NCBI GenBank assembly: GCA_032718475.1
Contig: JAUCBJ010008385.1
Coordinates: forward strand, 1 to 55,989
Direction of reading: 5' to 3'
Origin: Nemertoderma westbladi
Lineage: Eukaryota; Animalia; Xenacoelomorpha
DNA length: 55,989 bases
This document shows positions 51,496-55,989 of this stretch, one piece after another. The notes under the pieces are model-generated. The model worked only from the letters and a program-made list of their open reading frames with translations, made no database searches and was not told the DNA's origin. Each line of letters begins with the position of its first letter. Position 1 is the first letter of the stretch. The translations under genes and the position numbers were made by a program.

Positions 51496-51689
51496 CGATG
51501 TGAATTCAAGGCAATGGATATTTTTTTACATTTTATCTTAAGATATGATGTCTAAAAATCACTAGCATATTTAATGTAAATAGCTTACATGACCTCATAT
51601 AAAACAAATCTGTCACGTAGGTTCTTATGAAAAACCCAAATCAGGCGTTTGAGTTGTTTTACCGAGTTATAAATTATAATTGGTAGGCC

Positions 51690-51748
51690 CCCGGTCCCGG
51701 TCCCGGTCCCGGTCCCGGTCCCGGTCCCGGTCCCGGTCCCGGTCCCGG
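51690..51748. repeat. (CCCGGT)n hexanucleotide repeat
   Basis: About 10 perfect copies. Confidence 0.96.
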
Positions 51749-52011
51749 CCCTACTTAAGTTGTTTTAAAAGAAAACAGAAAATAGCAGTAAAAACAACTT
51801 AAGCGCCAAATTGTGCACAAAAATTAATATTGCGGAGTAAAAGATGCACATATGAAATGTTTAACGTTACAGGTCGAAAGTATAAACAGTGCTGAACATT
51901 TTAGTCGAAAACACAATAAAAAATAACCAAAATCCGAATTTTAAGCAACAAATCGTCGTTCCTGAACAATTTTGATTTTGGCGCTTGTGTTGTTCTTTCA
52001 AAACAGGGACG

Positions 52012-53040
52012 ACATTTATAGCATGGGGTATTGGGTCCGAGCCACGAAGTTGGCGGAGCCTTTGCGAACTGGCGCTATCTCTTAGGGGGGTAGGTAAATT
52101 ATGGCAAATAGTTCATTCAATAATTGTACTGTATGTCATCATCGTCGCTACGATTTTGACTTACTTATAACTTCGTCGGATTTAAAGCTGTCCATTCGAA
52201 AATTAGTAGACATCAATTAGACCATAAGTTTAGTTTTTTAGGGACTTTCTTTCAGACACCATCAAATCCTAAGTCTCTCGCTAGAGGGCTACATCTCTAG
52301 ACATTAAATATCCTTACATTTCATTGCTTTAAACCCGTTCTAGCTGAAACTTGGCATATTTGTACTAGACCATTAACTGTGTCATTCAAAGGAGGCTCAT
52401 CCATCTGCAGTTCTCTAGTATGCCGCTAGAGGGCGAAATATCTCAAAGTGCAATCATTGATTTAGCTGAAACGTACTTGTCAGATATGTGCTAGAACACG
52501 TCCAGTGTGTTTGCCGGGCTAGGAATCAGTCCAACCAGTTCCACCTCACCACTATTCCAGCAAAGTGTAATTCTATAGGACAAGCAATAGTGTTAGGAGG
52601 CCCTAGAGTAATAAGACAGCTTGCTTATTGTTTATCTCGCAAAATGATTGCCTAAGTATTTAATGGAGATTCTTTAGAATAAATATAGCTAAATAATTTT
52701 GTTGAGACATCGACATGGTAAAGTAAATTAATATTTCAGTATCAATCTAAAACGGCATAAGGTAAGTTATAATGTCGTACAAATTGGGTCGCCTCCACGC
52801 CTAAAATATATTACTTTTAAAACACAAATTTTCTATTAATACCTGCCTGTGAACAATCCACTGTGTACCTTTGGGTTGGGGTGCAGATTAAGAGGGGGTT
52901 GAAAGCGAGCAACTTTCCCCTCGATAATTTATTTGCGGTTTGGTTAATTTCTTAAATACCGATTTTGTGATAGAATTGCTAAATTTTAATTTGTATCTCA
53001 GAACTGAGCCTCGTGCTGCGCGAAGGCCGCACGAACGTGT
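52012..53040 (-). repeat. Dispersed repeat copy B (inverted relative to 33474-34425)
   Basis: Reverse-complement match over the full length, with about 85 extra bp at about 52628-52712. Confidence 0.93.
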
Positions 53041-53914
53041 CCTATTTGTTGAGATTACTACCCCAGCTAGTTTACTTAAGCAGTGATAACCAACCCAGCT
53101 CCTCCTGCCTGCAAGCCACCTCAAGAGATGATTGGTCTGCCAGTAGCAGCATTGCTAACACTTTACTCTCAGCGTGACAGCGGTCGTCTTCGAGACGAGA
53201 GCTTTCGATCGATATACAGTATCATTGGCTCCGATTGGTGCTGGTGTGTCGAAACGTATAGCTGGACAGACAAACATACATTGCATATTTATATATATTG
53301 GATGCGCTATTTAGGTAACCAATGAGTATATTTAACAGCTCAAAATATTTGTGTCATCGGCAAAAATAACTGCAATTAGTGGTTGGTCATTCCGTGATAT
53401 TGTTAATGTAAAGCATTAAAATAGTATAACTCACAGCGCGAAATTATTACATATTCTAACAGATATTAATATAGTATTAAAAAATAAAATTATACACAAA
53501 ATATAGACCAGAAATGAAAACAAACTTGAAATATAATACATAAACAATAAATGCTACTCTAAACCACAATAAAGTGATTGGAAATTAGGAAAATAATCTT
53601 ATTCGACAAAATTGACTCTAAACAATTTATAAGTAAACGACGTATAATGAATAAATTTAGATCTTTATTACTACAAATACCTGGATGGAAGTGAAACAAA
53701 GGCAACTTATTTTCCTTATGTTTCTTGTAATTATGCATACCGCTACTATCAGCATACCCAACGCCTACCGGTACTGCCAGGAAGTACAGTAAGTTTGAAT
53801 GAATCCTTTTACCAGTACAATCTGGTTTACTGCGGGCTGATATGGGAGGCGTGAATAACCGGATGTGTAATTAAAATTACGTATTCATGAAACCAATATG
53901 ACCATTCTAAATAA

Positions 53915-54161
53915 TTTTATTCCAAAATTGTAACATTACTCAACGCCGTTAGTATTGGTTACCACGTAAACAATGGGTGGAAATTTGCCTGACCTAGCTA
54001 TATTATTATAACATGGCTCCAAACGCCACCATAAATATAAGCTAACTTTTTTATAACATAATTTATGTCATTTTTACATTTATTTGTACAGCGACTAATA
54101 TAATTTGTGCAGTTTCTATCACTTAACAATCATTTCGTAATGTTACAATTTTGGAATAAAA
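53915..54161. mobile_element. Small MITE-like element with 25-bp inverted termini
   Basis: ttttattccaaaattgtaacattac ... gtaatgttacaattttggaataaaa. Confidence 0.7.
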
Positions 54162-54185
54162 CTACATACATACTTGTTGCAAAGT

Positions 54186-54280
54186 ACTTTACAGTGTTCT
54201 GATCCTCGTGGCTTTATTTTCACTCACTCACTAACGTTCGTTCTTGTAACAAAGCCACTCGGATCATCACACTGTAAAGT
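54186..54280. repeat. Imperfect palindrome
   Basis: actttacagtgt.ctgatcc..gtggcttt ... aaagccac..ggatca..acactgtaaagt. Confidence 0.75.
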
Positions 54281-54703
54281 TCTACTTTACACACAATTAT
54301 GTAAATAGTTATTACACTCTATTTCCTATGCATTCAATAATTTAAAACGATAAAAATATCGCCTTTTCACCAGTTTATTCCGAGATATATGTATTTCTCC
54401 CTGAGTATAATAATATAGTAAATTTACTTTTCACACCTGACAGTTTTTACTCCAAGATATATATATTTTTTTATTAAGACACATGCTATAATACTACTAC
54501 TATAATCGGCATGCTGCATTAAGAATGCTATGCCAGTTTAAAGATAAAAGCAGCCAAAACTCCCGCTATCACCCATGTTACTTGCTAGATCATCCACATC
54601 TCCAACGACAGTGTCCTTTAATAATTTATAAATCTATCTATGCTGTGACCCAAAACATGACATCCCCATTACAAAATATAGTTTTGTTTAAAATTAATCT
54701 CAA

Positions 54704-55987
54704 TCAATAACTATAATCATAATCATAGTCTACCGTTACCACATCAGTTCCATTATCGAAGGCATTTGCGAAGTCCGCCATGACACTTGTACTATTGGAT
54801 TGCTCGTCAAACCCTCGCATTAAAGTTAAAGTCGACGTCAAAACAAAAACGGTCGTGAATACAAAACACAAAATATCCACGTATTTTAATATTTTTAAAC
54901 ACGTACGGATTTTTCTTTTCCTCATGCGAAATTTCCTAGTAAAACATTCAAAATTTGTTTTTAATTCTTTTTCATCATTCTGATTTCCACTCTTATCATG
55001 TTCTTTCAATTCAATATCATTTTTGCCAACAACTAAATAATCAGATTTCTCAGTTGAACATCTCTCGTCCAATTTATGAAAAACGCTGTAGAGTTTTTGA
55101 ATAATAACGCAAATGATGACAGTTACTATGGTAATTAGAACATTCATATAGTAAAGGTGGCTGAGTAGCGGTTCTGGTTTACCTGTTGGTGGTACATAAT
55201 CCTGGACCATCACCAGATTCAGCAGTTGGGCGAAAAACAGAGCAGATATAAGACCTATTCGGTCGCCCTCGTCGTGTGGAAGGATAAAAACAAAAGGAAT
55301 GATCGCGTCGATAACTAGAGAGGGAAATATAATGATTTTGTAGTAGAATGTTGGCATTCGGTGGATAGTAATCGCAACACTGAGCGTTGTGTATGTGTTG
55401 TTGCTGGGAATTTGAAGCATTTCGTTAACTGATTTGTTTGATCGGGCCTCTGCTTTATCCCAAATCCACTGGTTGGAGGCGAAACGAACTGACGTCATAA
55501 TGGAATTCATATTCCAGGCCCAGAGGATATTCACCTCTGAGTCATCGTAGATCCACGACGCGAACTCAAAGACCAGAATCTGTATATCGAACGGGAAAAA
55601 AGTTGCGTTCAAGTTCTGTGAAACTTCCATTTTAAATCGTTGAAAATGCTCGATATTTCCATCGGAGTGTAGTACAGCGTAATCCACTGTGTCTCCCTCA
55701 GCACGTTCCAACATATTCAACATCGTCACTTCCGGTTTCCATACTTGTGTTGGTGATATCGTCAACTTCTTGACTCCACCGTATTCGTCTGGGTCCCACT
55801 GTAAGTTAATATCATTCCAAGTAACGACAGTCCAAGCAGAAAACGTTGCTGAAGATTGAACAATATCGACAACCGAAACACTAGCGAGTTTAAAGGAAAC
55901 GAAAACGTCGATAACGTCAGTTACTTCTCGCACCGGTCGGAATTCCGGGTTGTATTTATCGAATAAAGCGGCTTTCAGTTTCGTAAC
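54704..55987 (-). CDS. Pentameric ligand-gated ion channel subunit, nAChR/5-HT3-like, lacking the Cys-loop cysteines; N-terminus lies outside the window
   Basis: The frame is open to the window edge: LFDKYNPEFRPV, WNDINLQWDPDEYGGV, VWKPEV, FFPFDIQ, FASW, R-x-P-x-FY before M1, four hydrophobic segments. No intron over 428 codons. Confidence 0.93.
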   Translation of the reverse strand, partial: VTKLKAALFDKYNPEFRPVREVTDVIDVFVSFKLASVSVVDIVQSSATFSAWTVVTWNDINLQWDPDEYGGVKKLTISPTQVWKPEVTMLNMLERAEGDTVDYAVLHSDGNIEHFQRFKMEVSQNLNATFFPFDIQILVFEFASWIYDDSEVNILWAWNMNSIMTSVRFASNQWIWDKAEARSNKSVNEMLQIPSNNTYTTLSVAITIHRMPTFYYKIIIFPSLVIDAIIPFVFILPHDEGDRIGLISALFFAQLLNLVMVQDYVPPTGKPEPLLSHLYYMNVLITIVTVIICVIIQKLYSVFHKLDERCSTEKSDYLVVGKNDIELKEHDKSGNQNDEKELKTNFECFTRKFRMRKRKIRTCLKILKYVDILCFVFTTVFVLTSTLTLMRGFDEQSNSTSVMADFANAFDNGTDVVTVDYDYDYSY

Positions 55988-55989
55988 CT

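Overview
Eukaryotic (invertebrate animal-like), repeat-rich genomic DNA. The left 27 kb holds the 5' half of a minus-strand BMP type I receptor gene (ALK3/6, thickveins-like). Five exons can be joined by hand with consistent GT-AG phases: two ectodomain exons, a TM exon, a GS-box exon and a kinase N-lobe exon. Its introns are inflated by minisatellites and non-autonomous DNA transposons (piggyBac-like, Harbinger-like, foldback), and a MULE-like element lies just upstream of the first recognised exon. The first 12.2 kb is an array of about 200 units built from this gene's own exon/intron junction, so the splice donor is repeated in every 61/63-bp unit. The right half holds two pairs of long inverted dispersed repeats, a LINE 3' remnant, an unidentified decayed ORF, and a Bel/Pao LTR retrotransposon with an uninterrupted 2241-aa gag-pol whose 5' end is joined to a LINE endonuclease fragment. 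The window ends in an intronless nicotinic-receptor-like pentameric channel that lacks both Cys-loop cysteines. Most ORFs in the supplied track are read-throughs of tandem repeats. All family assignments come from motif recognition by eye; no database search was run.
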